Shown: positions 20,431 to 31,409, counted from the first letter of the stretch. The stretch is 64,000 nucleotides of DNA from Nitrosopumilus sp. (GCA_965204345.1 OZ241981.1:1216001-1280000), one strand, 5' to 3'. Numbers and translations are program-made. Notes: generated from the sequence alone by a model not told the origin.

Positions 20431-21453
20431 CTTGAACTCAAAAAACCAGGTACTGGTAAAACACTGGTTATAAAAAAAGTAATTTCTAAAATCCAAGAAA
20501 GAGTAGAGAAATCTAATTTCCCAATTAAACTAGTATACTCAAATTCCAAAGAAGAGACCACATTATACGGATTACTAGTTAGTATAGGCAGGCAGTTAGG
20601 CCTAAATGAGAAAGAATTACCCACAACCGGACTAGCAATAAGCGAAGTCTTCAAGAGACTGTTAAACAGAATTGATGAGGGGAAACTTAATGCAATTTTT
20701 GTAATAGACGAAATTGACTATCTTGCACAGTTAATAGCAAAGACCGGCAAGGACATCTTGTACCAACTAACAAGGGCAAATGAGCGTCTAAACCAGGGCT
20801 CGTTAACTTTGGTTGGAATTTCAAATGATCTAACCTTTAAAGAAAAACTTGATCCTAGAGTGATTAGTAGCCTGGGAGAAGAGGAGATTGTATTTACAAA
20901 TTATAATGTTGAACAGATTAAAAAAATACTGGAAGATAGAATCAATGAATCCTTTGTTAAAAACTCAGTAGAGGAGCCTGCCCTGAACCTCTGTGCCGCT
21001 CTTGCAGGAGGAGAACACGGCGATGCCCGAAGAGCAATTGATTTGATCCGTGTTGCAGGCGAACTTGCCGAACGCCAGCAATCAGAAAAAGTGACGGCCG
21101 AGCATGTGAGAAGGGCCTCTCAAAAAATTGAAGAAAACAAGGAAGAGGCATCCCTAAAATCATACCCGCTTCATGAAAAACTAGTTCTTATTGCAATAAT
21201 GAAAGCAAATGGGTCTTCGACTGGAGAGATTTACACCTCCTACAAGAACCTGTGTAAAATAGTTGGAAAGGACGAACTAACGCAAAGGAGAATTACTCAA
21301 ATGCTAAGCGAAATCGAGCTATCAGGACTAATCTCCGGAAGACTTGTCCACCAAGGAATTCATGGAAGGACAAAAAAATACAAACTTACCATATCATCTG
21401 AGATGATAAAAAAGACATTCAAAGACGATCTAACTTTGCAGGACATTATCTAA
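20431..21453 (+). pseudogene. cdc6: Orc1/Cdc6 replication initiator, 5'-truncated as sequenced
   Basis: After in-frame TAA (20428-30) frame reads LELKKPGTGKT..., Walker B VIDEID, HGDARRAID, C-terminal wH; no start codon before Walker A. Confidence 0.8.
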
Positions 21454-22875
21454 ATTTGAACTATAGTTCTGGTGGAATACTTGGAAAGTTTTTAGATTTA
21501 CCATGATAGCAATTCCGGGATTTGGAGTCATTCCCACACTGGCCTGAAAAGGCGTTTGTTTCTGCCAAGAGCCAGAATTTACCAATAAAATTCCCTTGTA
21601 CATATCCAACTGAGCCCTGTGAACATGACCCACATGGAAGATATCCGGAATATCCTCAATAACCAAAAGATCTTCCATTTCGGGGGCAATCGGGGTTTGA
21701 CTGCCATAAATTGGACTAAGGTGCCTTGCTTTGAGCAAATGTTTCATCACATTAGCAGGTTTATCATAACTCAAACCCGGTGTTGTCTTTACAATATCGT
21801 CTATACTTTGACCATGGAACATTATCACCTTGACTTCATTTAGAGAGACAACTGCCGGGTTTCCAACCATAACCACATTTTCTCTTTCCCACAAACCAGA
21901 ATTGTATTTTTTCGGTATTGCCGGCTGTGGCAATGCCCTTCTTCCAGGATCGTGGTTTCCTGGCATTATGATAATTTTCACATTTTTTGGAATTTTATCA
22001 ATTAATTCTTCGGCCTTGTTTAACTGCTCTTCAATGGTTTGACAAACCAACTCTTTGTCCTGATTTGGATATATCCCAACCCCATCTACCACGTCTCCGC
22101 CAATTAACACAAATCTAATTTTTCTTGCAACTGGATCCGGACCTGACAGCCATGAAACAAACTCTGAAAACTCCTCTTCCATGAAATATTTGCTTCCAAT
22201 ATGTAAATCAGAAAGAAATACTGCATATACCTCGCTTTCTGACTTGTTTTTTGCTTGTTCTGGAATGTCTGGCAGAATCAAATCCTTGATGATATATCCT
22301 GAATTTTTCCCCAAACTTATCCTTGCCATCACAAACTGATCAGTTAGAAGCATATCTGCTGTTTTTTGCAGTTCCTTATCAAAAATAATGCCCTCAAATG
22401 AGCCTGATGGGTCTTCTAACACCAATCTTGTGATGTTTCGTTCAGAATTTCTCATAGTGACTAATCCACACACGTACAAATCATCCTCGATTTTTGTAGA
22501 TTTCACAGATGCTGCAGATCTGAGTAATTTTGATTCTGGCCTGTCTGAAATAATTCGCTTTAGCTTGTTAAAACGACTAGAAAACAAGGCATTATACCCC
22601 TTTACACCCTCTCCGGATGTTATCTTATCAGTAGGCTCTGATAACACTTTAACCTCATTTAGTAAAGTTGAATCATCCTTAATTCCAAGATATGTCTCCA
22701 AATCATCCTGATTAATCTGAAATAATTTTTGTCGTGTCTTCTCTCTGACTATTTCCTTAATGATCTTTTCTAGTTTTTTAACATCTACATTTTCTAATAT
22801 TTTAAAAGCATCTGGATGAATCTGGAATCCTTTGTTTAATGCATAATTTAACACAAAAGACAATTCCTTTTTCAT
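21430..22875 (-). CDS. polB: DNA polymerase D small subunit DP1 (proofreading exonuclease)
   Basis: OB fold then SDLHIGS, GDVVDG, PGNHD, FHG, GHVH phosphoesterase motifs. Confidence 0.95.
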   Translation of the reverse strand: MKKELSFVLNYALNKGFQIHPDAFKILENVDVKKLEKIIKEIVREKTRQKLFQINQDDLETYLGIKDDSTLLNEVKVLSEPTDKITSGEGVKGYNALFSSRFNKLKRIISDRPESKLLRSAASVKSTKIEDDLYVCGLVTMRNSERNITRLVLEDPSGSFEGIIFDKELQKTADMLLTDQFVMARISLGKNSGYIIKDLILPDIPEQAKNKSESEVYAVFLSDLHIGSKYFMEEEFSEFVSWLSGPDPVARKIRFVLIGGDVVDGVGIYPNQDKELVCQTIEEQLNKAEELIDKIPKNVKIIIMPGNHDPGRRALPQPAIPKKYNSGLWERENVVMVGNPAVVSLNEVKVIMFHGQSIDDIVKTTPGLSYDKPANVMKHLLKARHLSPIYGSQTPIAPEMEDLLVIEDIPDIFHVGHVHRAQLDMYKGILLVNSGSWQKQTPFQASVGMTPNPGIAIMVNLKTFQVFHQNYSSNLDNVLQS

Positions 22876-22930
22876 ATCAAAAAATAACCTTTGGTTTAAT
22901 TAAATCTGTGCCTACACCAACCCTCAAATA

Positions 22931-23488
22931 TTGTTCATAACACCATGCAGTGTGAACAAAACAAGAACAATCACATTTTTTGTATTCTTGGGATTGTTTA
23001 CAACTGCATATCAAATTGGTTCACTGTCTACGGTAAGTCAAGAGGATGCAGATACCTTCATGGCAGAATTTGAAGAACTTGTCTTAGATATTGACGGATT
23101 TGGAATATTTACCCATAATACAACCATTGCATTGCCAATGTTTATTCCGGGATTTGGGGTTGCATGGGGATTATTCTCTGCCTGGTCTACAGGATATGCA
23201 TTTGCAGCAATTACTACTAGCGCTCCTGTTCTAGCAGATATACCTGCATTAGCAATACTTTTTCTGTCCCCATTTGGCTTGATGGAGTTAACTGCATATT
23301 CTATAGGAACCTCCAGAAGTTTCATCATCATAGGTGCAATTGCCAAAAAAATTGATCTTGTCCAGTTTATACGACCTACGATGATTGAGATTGCAATAGT
23401 TATTGCCTTGCTGTTGGCAGGCGGCTATCTAGAGTTTTACATGATTGAACTAGCCCAAGAAGGAGGCATGCAGTTCTTAGATTTTTGA
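22931..23488 (+). CDS. SpoIIM-like membrane protein
   Basis: IFTHN, PFGLMEL motifs; multi-TM. Confidence 0.75.
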   Translation: MFITPCSVNKTRTITFFVFLGLFTTAYQIGSLSTVSQEDADTFMAEFEELVLDIDGFGIFTHNTTIALPMFIPGFGVAWGLFSAWSTGYAFAAITTSAPVLADIPALAILFLSPFGLMELTAYSIGTSRSFIIIGAIAKKIDLVQFIRPTMIEIAIVIALLLAGGYLEFYMIELAQEGGMQFLDF

Positions 23489-23573
23489 TTACCTAATCAA
23501 TCCAAAATAAGACATTGGAACATCTTTAGATCGTTTTGAGTAATTTCCCCATCAAACCTAGCGTTACATTAGG

Positions 23574-23665
23574 TTGATGAATTGTTACGTTAGGGCGGGC
23601 TGTATAATAACAACGAGGAATATGAGTTTGATGAGAATTGTAGCATATGCATTACCAAATTCTGA
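23574..23665 (+). ncRNA. Candidate box C/D guide sRNA (16S h44, C1402)
   Basis: TTGATGA 23574-80; guide TTGTTACG-TTA-GGGCGG-G; degenerate D' CTGT; TTGATGA 23628-34; CTGA 23662-65; lies between convergent genes. Confidence 0.55.
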
Positions 23666-23701
23666 TAGTTTAGTTCTAGGCAAAGGACAAAATCAAGGCA
23701 A

Positions 23702-24427
23702 TTAATTTTCCCACTGCCATCTATAATTCATGTATGAATCTAGACTAGTTTGATTAAACACCATCACAGACAAATCTGAAAATTCTTTACCTTCAAGTTC
23801 GTTTACAGTTCCGACAAAGCTTGTTTCATCCTCTGTAGTTATTGCTTCAAAAACATGTACTCTCATTTTAGACGTATCAAAATCATGTTCTTTAAGATAA
23901 ACTGCTATCTCAGATGGCATAAAATGCTTGTCTGGCTGTTTTGGCCAGGGTCTAGGAACCAAAACAACACTAAAACCATCAATCAAAGCTTTTTGTAATT
24001 CTAATTTTTTATCTTCAATGGGTGTTGTAACATGCATTGTTATGACTTTAGACTTGTCAAGCGGAACTTTGGCCCTTGATGCAGCAACCTGAATTGAACT
24101 AATGCCTGGAATAATTTCCACTTTTTCTCCAAAAATCTCTATTAACCTATCAACAACTTCTGATTCTGAAAAATTTACATCACCAGTAAACGGAATTACT
24201 AATGTTCTATTATTTAATTTGGGAAGAATTTTTTGATAAGAATCTTCTTGATCATTCATAGTAATCTCATGGATCTCCTTTCCTTGTGTCAAGTGTTCGA
24301 TTGTTTTTAGGGTATACTTGTAGCCAATAATAACATCACATTTTTGAATGGTCTCCTTTACAATATCTGTCACATATTTTGGGGAACCAGGCCCAACACC
24401 TACAGCGAAAACTCTTCCCAATTTCAT
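23702..24427 (-). CDS. cbiE: Cobalt-precorrin-7 C5-methyltransferase (CbiE-like tetrapyrrole methylase)
   Basis: VGVGPG, TGDVNFS, IIPGISSIQVAA, FSDLSVMV. Confidence 0.8.
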   Translation of the reverse strand: MKLGRVFAVGVGPGSPKYVTDIVKETIQKCDVIIGYKYTLKTIEHLTQGKEIHEITMNDQEDSYQKILPKLNNRTLVIPFTGDVNFSESEVVDRLIEIFGEKVEIIPGISSIQVAASRAKVPLDKSKVITMHVTTPIEDKKLELQKALIDGFSVVLVPRPWPKQPDKHFMPSEIAVYLKEHDFDTSKMRVHVFEAITTEDETSFVGTVNELEGKEFSDLSVMVFNQTSLDSYMNYRWQWEN

Positions 24428-24915
24428 TTAGTAAATTTTTGTCTGTCTTTAATATATTGCACAAATGGTTCCCAATCTACCTTCATGTATTTTGTTGGTT
24501 CTTTTGCAGGATATTTTACCCAATCCTGTGCTATGGAATATTGAAATTTTTCATCCTTTCCATTTCTTTTATACTCTAATTGTAACGAGCTTCCCCACTC
24601 TTTTTCTGTGTAAGTAATACTATCAATATCATCAAATGATAATTCAACATTTCGGTCATCCTCTGAGTCATTCATCAAATCTTCTTCATTATATCCGTCA
24701 TGACGAATCATTGTATTTTTTGATTTGATAAAATTAATCACCTGTCTTTGTCTAATGGCCTTCCACCAATTCATCTTGGATTCAGTTTTGTGTATGTACA
24801 TCAAATGCCTGTCAGTAAGAACCAGCATGCCTTCTCTACCGCCAATTGCAAAGAATTTTTTGGACTCTCTCCACACTGAAACTAAATGTGCCTGAATCTT
24901 TTCATCAGGTTCCAT
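24424..24915 (-). CDS. Hypothetical PH-like domain protein
   Basis: GMLVLTDRHLMY pattern typical of PH/GRAM-like folds. Confidence 0.7.
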   Translation of the reverse strand: MEPDEKIQAHLVSVWRESKKFFAIGGREGMLVLTDRHLMYIHKTESKMNWWKAIRQRQVINFIKSKNTMIRHDGYNEEDLMNDSEDDRNVELSFDDIDSITYTEKEWGSSLQLEYKRNGKDEKFQYSIAQDWVKYPAKEPTKYMKVDWEPFVQYIKDRQKFTK

Positions 24916-24988
24916 ACAGAATAATTTCTTGGGCTTTGTTAAAAACTAATACAATTAGCTTTTAAGTAAGAATTTTTGAAAGAAACTA

Positions 24989-26509
24989 TTGAATAAAATA
25001 TTCTTAATTTTAACGGCGTCATTGCTTTTAATTGGCTTTGGAAATTCTGGATTTGCACAATATGATGATAAACTAGTTGTTTTAGAAACAGATCTTGGAA
25101 ACATAACGGTAGAATTTTTTCCAGAAGATGCACCAAATCATGTTGATAATTTTATAAAACTAACAGAATCCGGCTTTTATGACGGGGTACTTTTCCACCG
25201 TATTATTCCTGACTTTATGATTCAAGGCGGCGATCCAAACACAATCAGTGGCGATCCAAACACGTGGGGGACAGGCGGTCCAAGTACCAGTGTAGATGCA
25301 GAATTCAACACAATCAAGCATAACCGCGGAATATTGTCAATGGCAAGATCAGCTGATCCAAACAGTGCCGGTTCACAATTTTTCATCGTTCATCGTGATT
25401 CTAATTTCCTTGATGAACAATATACCGCATTTGGCAGAGTTGTAACTGATGAAAGTTTTGAAACACTTGATAATATCACAAAAGTAAAAACAAACGATAA
25501 AGATGCTCCGCTAGATCCTGAACCCGTAAGAATCTTAAAAGCTACAGTAGTTAATCGTTCTGATGTTACAAATATTCTTGAATTAGAAGATCCTAAACGT
25601 GTCGAATCTTCCATAGTATCTCCACCAACTGGTAGCCAAAAATTTGAAAGTGCAGAACATGAAGTTGCTTTTAGTGTACCGTCAGGCTGGCTACTGCAAG
25701 AACCAGAAAAAACAGATGCGAATTCCCCTGACATAGTTGCAGTCGGACCAAAAACTGGATCTATCAATCCAGTGATCTCTTTTACGTCACAAAACACTGA
25801 TCAAAAAATGTTTGATGATGTAATATCTGAAAAACTAGAATCAATTGGAACATCCATTGAATCAGGAAATCTAGAATTAATCTCAGAAAAAAAGATGACT
25901 ATCAACGGAAATGAGGCATATGTTATTAATGCCCAAGGATTTTTTTTCTCTAATAATGAAAGTTTTGATGTAAGGTTTCAAGAAGTGATGATCTATGATG
26001 AGAAAAAAATCTACACTTTTACCTATAGTAATGGATTAAATGATTTTGATTCACATCTCACTGGATTTGAAGAAACCCTTGATTCTTTTGAAATATTGTC
26101 AAAAACTGTGCCTGAGGACGAATCATCAGAAGGAGGTGGCTGCTTAATTGCAACTGCCACATTTGGATCTGAATTTGCACCACAGGTACAACAATTAAGA
26201 GAACTTCGAGATAATACTGTTTTATCAACAAATTCTGGAACCGCCTTTATGAGCGGATTTAATCAATTCTACTACTCTTTTTCGCCGACAATTGCAGACT
26301 TGGAACGTGAGCATCCACTCTTTAAAGAAATTGTAAAACTTTCAATTACGCCAATGTTATCTACACTGTCAATTCTAAATTACGTTGAAATTGATTCTGA
26401 AACTGAAATGCTATCATATGGAATCGGCATAATTTTAATGAATGTTGGAATATATTTTGCAGCACCTGCAATAGTTATCTATAAAATTAAAAAACAACCG
26501 TTTTTTTAA
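24989..26509 (+). CDS. Secreted cyclophilin PPIase with PsbP-like domain and CFI-box-CTERM anchor
   Basis: Signal peptide; FHRIIPDFMIQGGDP, SMAR, GSQFFI; GGGCLIATATFGS..LRELRD..FNQFYYSFSP plus TM. Confidence 0.88.
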   Translation: MNKIFLILTASLLLIGFGNSGFAQYDDKLVVLETDLGNITVEFFPEDAPNHVDNFIKLTESGFYDGVLFHRIIPDFMIQGGDPNTISGDPNTWGTGGPSTSVDAEFNTIKHNRGILSMARSADPNSAGSQFFIVHRDSNFLDEQYTAFGRVVTDESFETLDNITKVKTNDKDAPLDPEPVRILKATVVNRSDVTNILELEDPKRVESSIVSPPTGSQKFESAEHEVAFSVPSGWLLQEPEKTDANSPDIVAVGPKTGSINPVISFTSQNTDQKMFDDVISEKLESIGTSIESGNLELISEKKMTINGNEAYVINAQGFFFSNNESFDVRFQEVMIYDEKKIYTFTYSNGLNDFDSHLTGFEETLDSFEILSKTVPEDESSEGGGCLIATATFGSEFAPQVQQLRELRDNTVLSTNSGTAFMSGFNQFYYSFSPTIADLEREHPLFKEIVKLSITPMLSTLSILNYVEIDSETEMLSYGIGIILMNVGIYFAAPAIVIYKIKKQPFF

Positions 26510-26511
26510 AA

Positions 26512-27870
26512 CTACCAGACATCATCTACTTCGTCAAGCAGCTTGTATTCTTTTTCAGTTTCACGTTTCATTAGTTTCAATCTGGATATGTCTCTATCAA
26601 AGAACAAGTCTATTGTCCAGTCAAGAAACACACGGATTTTTTTATCAAACGTTGTAATTTTTGAGAGATACACATTCCTCCAGATCAGCCAGGCCCAAAA
26701 CCCTGAGATATTCATTCCCAAAAATGTTGCAATTCCAGATCTTTTTCCAATAATTGCCATTTGACCCTTGGAATGATAAGCAAATTTTTCTTTCTCAGAG
26801 TTTCTAATTAATGAAATTAAGTTTTTGGCGGCAATTTTTGCCTGAGCTTCTGCAATTTGGGCAGTCGGCGGCAGCGGTCTCTGGGTATCTGGGTCTATAT
26901 GTAATGCACAATCACCAATAGCAAATACTCCGGGAAAGTCATCTACCTCCAGATAATCATTTATCACAACTTTTCCTTTTTCTGTTTTAAACATTGATCT
27001 CTTAATTGTATTAACTGGAGTGACACCTGCTGTCCAGATCAAGGTCTTTGTAATTATTGAGTCAATTTTAGATGTATCCACCGAATCCTTTGGGTTTTCG
27101 TCTAATGATTTTGTAGTGATTTCATTACCATCAAAACTAGTTACAGCAGTTTTTAGTCTAATATCAATTCCTCTTTTTACCATCTTGTCTTTTGCAAAAT
27201 CAGCCAGTTTTTCGTTGAATCCTGGCAAAATCATACCTAACGCCTCAAGCACAACTACCTTGAGATCTTCTTTTAGAATCGTGGGATAATGCTTTCTTGC
27301 ATCCAACAACAAATCCATTAACTCCCCTGCAGTCTCAATTCCTGCAAACCCTCCCCCAACAACAACAAAATTCAAAAAGCTTTTTCGAAGTATTGGATTT
27401 GTCTCATTCTCAGCCTGTTCTAACATATCGATAACCCTGTTTCTTAACATCACGGCATCGTTAAGCGTTTTCATTGTGTATGCATTTTTTTCAACATCTG
27501 CCATTCCAAAAAAGTTGGTTTCACTGCCAAGTGCAACAACAAGAAAATCATAATGTATTGAAATACTTCTTTTATCCCCCGTTCCCCACAATGTAACAAG
27601 TTTCCCATAGGGATCGATATTTTTGATTCTGCCTTCGTAGAATTTTGTTTTTTTACAAACAGTTCTGATTGGCAATACGATATGCCTAGTTTCAATCATT
27701 CCCGATGCTACTTGAGGCAACATTGGCGTGAATAGCAAAAAATTGTCTTCGCTTACCATTACCAATTCAATTTCAGGATCATCCCCAAATTCTGATTCTA
27801 ATTTTCTAGCGCATTCTACTCCTGCAAATCCACCCCCTAAAATGAGAATTTTTTTCCTATTTCTTGCCAA
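26512..27870 (-). CDS. NDH-2 family NAD(P)/FAD oxidoreductase
   Basis: GGGFAG twice, FTPMLP, YDFLVVALGS, WTAGV, AIGD, TAQIA. Confidence 0.9.
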   Translation of the reverse strand: MARNRKKILILGGGFAGVECARKLESEFGDDPEIELVMVSEDNFLLFTPMLPQVASGMIETRHIVLPIRTVCKKTKFYEGRIKNIDPYGKLVTLWGTGDKRSISIHYDFLVVALGSETNFFGMADVEKNAYTMKTLNDAVMLRNRVIDMLEQAENETNPILRKSFLNFVVVGGGFAGIETAGELMDLLLDARKHYPTILKEDLKVVVLEALGMILPGFNEKLADFAKDKMVKRGIDIRLKTAVTSFDGNEITTKSLDENPKDSVDTSKIDSIITKTLIWTAGVTPVNTIKRSMFKTEKGKVVINDYLEVDDFPGVFAIGDCALHIDPDTQRPLPPTAQIAEAQAKIAAKNLISLIRNSEKEKFAYHSKGQMAIIGKRSGIATFLGMNISGFWAWLIWRNVYLSKITTFDKKIRVFLDWTIDLFFDRDISRLKLMKRETEKEYKLLDEVDDVW

Positions 27871-27940
27871 CGTGACTTATCCACAAATTGGGTGAATATA
27901 TGCTATAAGAATAATCTTGACTAAATCTCCTTCTATGCTC

Positions 27941-28606
27941 TCAAGTTCTCATGATATCTGAGTGTAAAATATCATAAGCCCTTGATGAATCCCTTTCGTT
28001 TAGAACTATTATGATATTATCCTGGCTGAAAAATGCATTTACCAACTCAACCCCATTGGCATGCAATACCTCAGCTACATAGGATACTACATCTGATTGA
28101 TTCTGGGAGTCAGGCATTGAAATTCTAATTTTCGCAAGACCGGTGTTAAACATATCATCCTTTTCTGAAACATTGCTGAAAATTTGTCTAATATCATCCA
28201 TATCTTCAGCCAAAAACCTAAATGAATCAGAAAGTCTAAAAAAATCATAATTATTGGTTACCTTGGAAAATTTGTCTAAAATCGCCATAGGATCCATTTC
28301 ATTTGAATCCTTTGCTGAAAATTTAACATCCATTATACCATCCGTTAGAGCCAATCTTGCATTTTTCAAAACTGATTCTTCTTTGACCTCTTCCTTAGTC
28401 TCAAACGAGTCTGCATATCTTTTGATTGCAACAACTACGGTATTGAGATTTACAGTATTTCCTAGAATCTTTTCAATTTCTGGCTGAATTTTTACTGCCA
28501 AAGCTGTATAGTTTATCAAGTCCATTTTCATACAATCATAAACTGAACGATTTCTGGTTATGATCTCCCTTACAACTTCTGGTATGGACATGTTTATTGT
28601 CCTCAT
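27941..28606 (-). CDS. ACT-domain protein
   Basis: LINYTALA...VVAIKRY N-terminal domain; C-terminal ACT-like beta/alpha pattern. Confidence 0.75.
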   Translation of the reverse strand: MRTINMSIPEVVREIITRNRSVYDCMKMDLINYTALAVKIQPEIEKILGNTVNLNTVVVAIKRYADSFETKEEVKEESVLKNARLALTDGIMDVKFSAKDSNEMDPMAILDKFSKVTNNYDFFRLSDSFRFLAEDMDDIRQIFSNVSEKDDMFNTGLAKIRISMPDSQNQSDVVSYVAEVLHANGVELVNAFFSQDNIIIVLNERDSSRAYDILHSDIMRT

Positions 28607-28679
28607 TAAGATTATTATATTATGTCACTTATAATAGGATTATGTAAAAAATCAAAGAAATATTCATAATCTTTATATA

Positions 28680-29210
28680 ATGTCATACCTATTACATACT
28701 ATAGGTGAATATGACATGTTCTTTGATAGCGAAATTGATAGAATCTTCAAAAGAATGTCAAGCTCTTTTTTCAATGCAGATGACATTTTTGAAGAATTCA
28801 AGGGAAATGGTTCTGAATCTGGTCCATATTATTATGGTTACACAATGACCGTTGGGCCTGATGGAAAACCTGTTGTAAGGGAGTATGGAAGTCTCAAACC
28901 AGACCATCTGCCAGCTCCTGATACACGAGAACCACTTGTCGACATGATTGTCGATGAAAAAGAAAAAGTAGTAAAACTCATCTCTGAGATGCCAGGAGTT
29001 GAAAAATCTGATGTCAAGATTGTTGTTGAAAACAAGACAATAGATCTTTCAGCAAAACGTGATGATAAAAAATATCATGTTAGAATTCCTGTGCAACACA
29101 AAGTTGATGAAGACTCTGCAAGAGCTTCATACAAAAATGGAGTTTTACAAATTGTCTTCAACTTGACTGAAGATGAAAAACCCAAAGGCAAAACGGTGGA
29201 GGTTGAATAA
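28680..29210 (+). CDS. hsp20: Archaeal small heat-shock protein
   Basis: YYGYTMTVGPDGKP, EMPGV, ASYKNGVL. Confidence 0.92.
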   Translation: MSYLLHTIGEYDMFFDSEIDRIFKRMSSSFFNADDIFEEFKGNGSESGPYYYGYTMTVGPDGKPVVREYGSLKPDHLPAPDTREPLVDMIVDEKEKVVKLISEMPGVEKSDVKIVVENKTIDLSAKRDDKKYHVRIPVQHKVDEDSARASYKNGVLQIVFNLTEDEKPKGKTVEVE

Positions 29211-29238
29211 ACCCCTCAATTTTTTTTGAGGTATTGAT

Positions 29239-31380
29239 ATGAGTGAAATAATTCTAAAAACTGCTGAGAGTCCACAACAACATGTTGGAAGAGGCAGAGC
29301 AATCGTTGATCCAAAAGTTATTGATGATCAAAAATGGAATACTGGACAAATTCTAGAATTAACATACAACAAAAAAACACATGTAAAACTTTGGCCCGGC
29401 GCACCTGAAGAATATGGCTCAGGCATTATCAAGATAGATGGAATGACAAGACAAAATATTGGTGTTGGAATCGGTGATAAAATTTCATTAAAGACAGTCA
29501 AAGCCGTACATGCCGAACAAATAGTTTTGTCACCAACTGAAAAAATTGCAGCAGAAGGATTACAAGAATACATGATTTACAACTATCTCAACCACGTATT
29601 TACGACCGGGGATTTAGTATCTCTTAATACACAAATGGGCAGCAGACTTCAATTTGTTGTAACAAGTACCAAACCGTCAAAACCTGTTATTGTAACGGGG
29701 AATACTGTATTTAAGCTTGGAACAATGACTAAGGCTATTGATTCATCAATACCAAGAATTACTTACGATGATCTTGGTGGCCTAAAAAATGAGGTGCAAA
29801 AAATTCGCGAAATGGTAGAATTACCCATGCGACATCCTGAACTATTTGACAAAATAGGCGTAGAGGCACCAAAAGGCGTGCTGTTGTACGGGCCTCCAGG
29901 AACCGGCAAGACACTACTTGCAAAAGCAGTAGCTGGAGAAACAAACGCCCATTTTATCTCCCTTAGTGGACCTGAAATTATGGGCAAACATTATGGGGAA
30001 AGTGAAGAAAGAATTAGAGAAATCTTTACTCAGGCAGAAGAAAATTCTCCAAGCATAATCTTCATAGACGAGATTGATTCGATTGCTCCAAAAAGAGACG
30101 AAGTTTCAGGCGAGCTAGAGAAAAGAATAGTCTCACAACTACTTACTCTCATGGATGGGATGAAGTCCAGAGGTAAGGTTGTTGTAGTTGCAGCTACCAA
30201 CAGGCCAGATTCAATTGATCCTGCATTGAGAAGGCCAGGAAGATTTGACAGGGAAATAGAAATTGGAATTCCTGACGACGAAGGAAGACTTGACATTCTT
30301 TCAATTCATACACGTGGCATGCCAATTGATGAAAAAGTAAACCTCAAACAAATCTCAAAAACCACGCATGGATTTGTAGGAGCTGACTTGGAATTATTAT
30401 CAAAAGAATCTGCTATGAGATCATTACGAAGAATTCTTCCAGAAATTGATCTAGATGAAGAAAAAATATCATCAGAAATCCTACAAAAGATCCAAATCAC
30501 TGATGAAGATTTTATGGATGCATTAAAAGAAGTCAGACCAAGTGCTCTCAGAGAAGTTCAAGTACAAATTCCTAATGTAAGTTGGGATAATGTTGGCGGT
30601 TTGAACGAACTCAAAGAAGAACTCAAAGAAGCTGTTGAATGGCCAATGAAATACAAAGATGCATATGATTATGTCAATGTAGAAACCCCAAAAGGAATTC
30701 TACTTCATGGTCCCCCAGGAACTGGCAAGACATTAATCGCAAAAGCGCTTGCAAAAATGACAGAGTCAAACTTTATCAGCATCAAAGGCCCGGAACTATT
30801 ATCAAAATGGGTTGGAGAATCTGAAAAAGGCGTTAGAGAAATATTCAGAAAGGCACGACAGGCTGCACCATGCATCATATTTTTAGATGAGGTAGATGCC
30901 CTTGTTCCAAGAAGGGGCAGTGGAGGTTCTGAGTCACATGTCACAGAAAACGTAGTCTCTCAAATTCTAACTGAAATTGATGGACTAGAAGAACTCCACA
31001 ATGTCTTGATAATTGGCGCTACAAACCGGCTAGATATTGTCGATGAAGCTCTTCTCAGACCTGGAAGATTTGATAGAATCATCAAAGTTCCAAACCCTGA
31101 TCAAAAAGGCAGAGAACACATCTTTGAGATTCATACAAAAAACAAGCCGCTTGCTACTGATGTAAAAATCTCAGAAATTGTCAAGATTACTGCCAATTTC
31201 AGCGGAGCGGAGATTGCCGCTGTCACAAACAGGGCAGCTATTACAGCCTTGAAGAGATATGTTGGCGGTAAATCAAAGAATGTCAGGGAGATTCAGATTA
31301 CTCAGCAAGATCTTGTTGATGCAGTAGATAAGGTAAGGCCTCAAAAGAAAGAGGCACCCATACCCGTATCCATAAAATAG
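29239..31380 (+). CDS. CDC48/VAT AAA ATPase
   Basis: N-domain plus two AAA modules ([15 protein letters not shown]). Confidence 0.96.
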   Translation: MSEIILKTAESPQQHVGRGRAIVDPKVIDDQKWNTGQILELTYNKKTHVKLWPGAPEEYGSGIIKIDGMTRQNIGVGIGDKISLKTVKAVHAEQIVLSPTEKIAAEGLQEYMIYNYLNHVFTTGDLVSLNTQMGSRLQFVVTSTKPSKPVIVTGNTVFKLGTMTKAIDSSIPRITYDDLGGLKNEVQKIREMVELPMRHPELFDKIGVEAPKGVLLYGPPGTGKTLLAKAVAGETNAHFISLSGPEIMGKHYGESEERIREIFTQAEENSPSIIFIDEIDSIAPKRDEVSGELEKRIVSQLLTLMDGMKSRGKVVVVAATNRPDSIDPALRRPGRFDREIEIGIPDDEGRLDILSIHTRGMPIDEKVNLKQISKTTHGFVGADLELLSKESAMRSLRRILPEIDLDEEKISSEILQKIQITDEDFMDALKEVRPSALREVQVQIPNVSWDNVGGLNELKEELKEAVEWPMKYKDAYDYVNVETPKGILLHGPPGTGKTLIAKALAKMTESNFISIKGPELLSKWVGESEKGVREIFRKARQAAPCIIFLDEVDALVPRRGSGGSESHVTENVVSQILTEIDGLEELHNVLIIGATNRLDIVDEALLRPGRFDRIIKVPNPDQKGREHIFEIHTKNKPLATDVKISEIVKITANFSGAEIAAVTNRAAITALKRYVGGKSKNVREIQITQQDLVDAVDKVRPQKKEAPIPVSIK

Positions 31381-31409
31381 TCTAAATACTAAGGAAATGA
31401 CGTAGAAAC

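Noticed and set aside
25228-25263. GGCGATCCAAACAC duplicate
   Set aside because: Short in-frame repeat (GDPNT twice) in a cyclophilin loop
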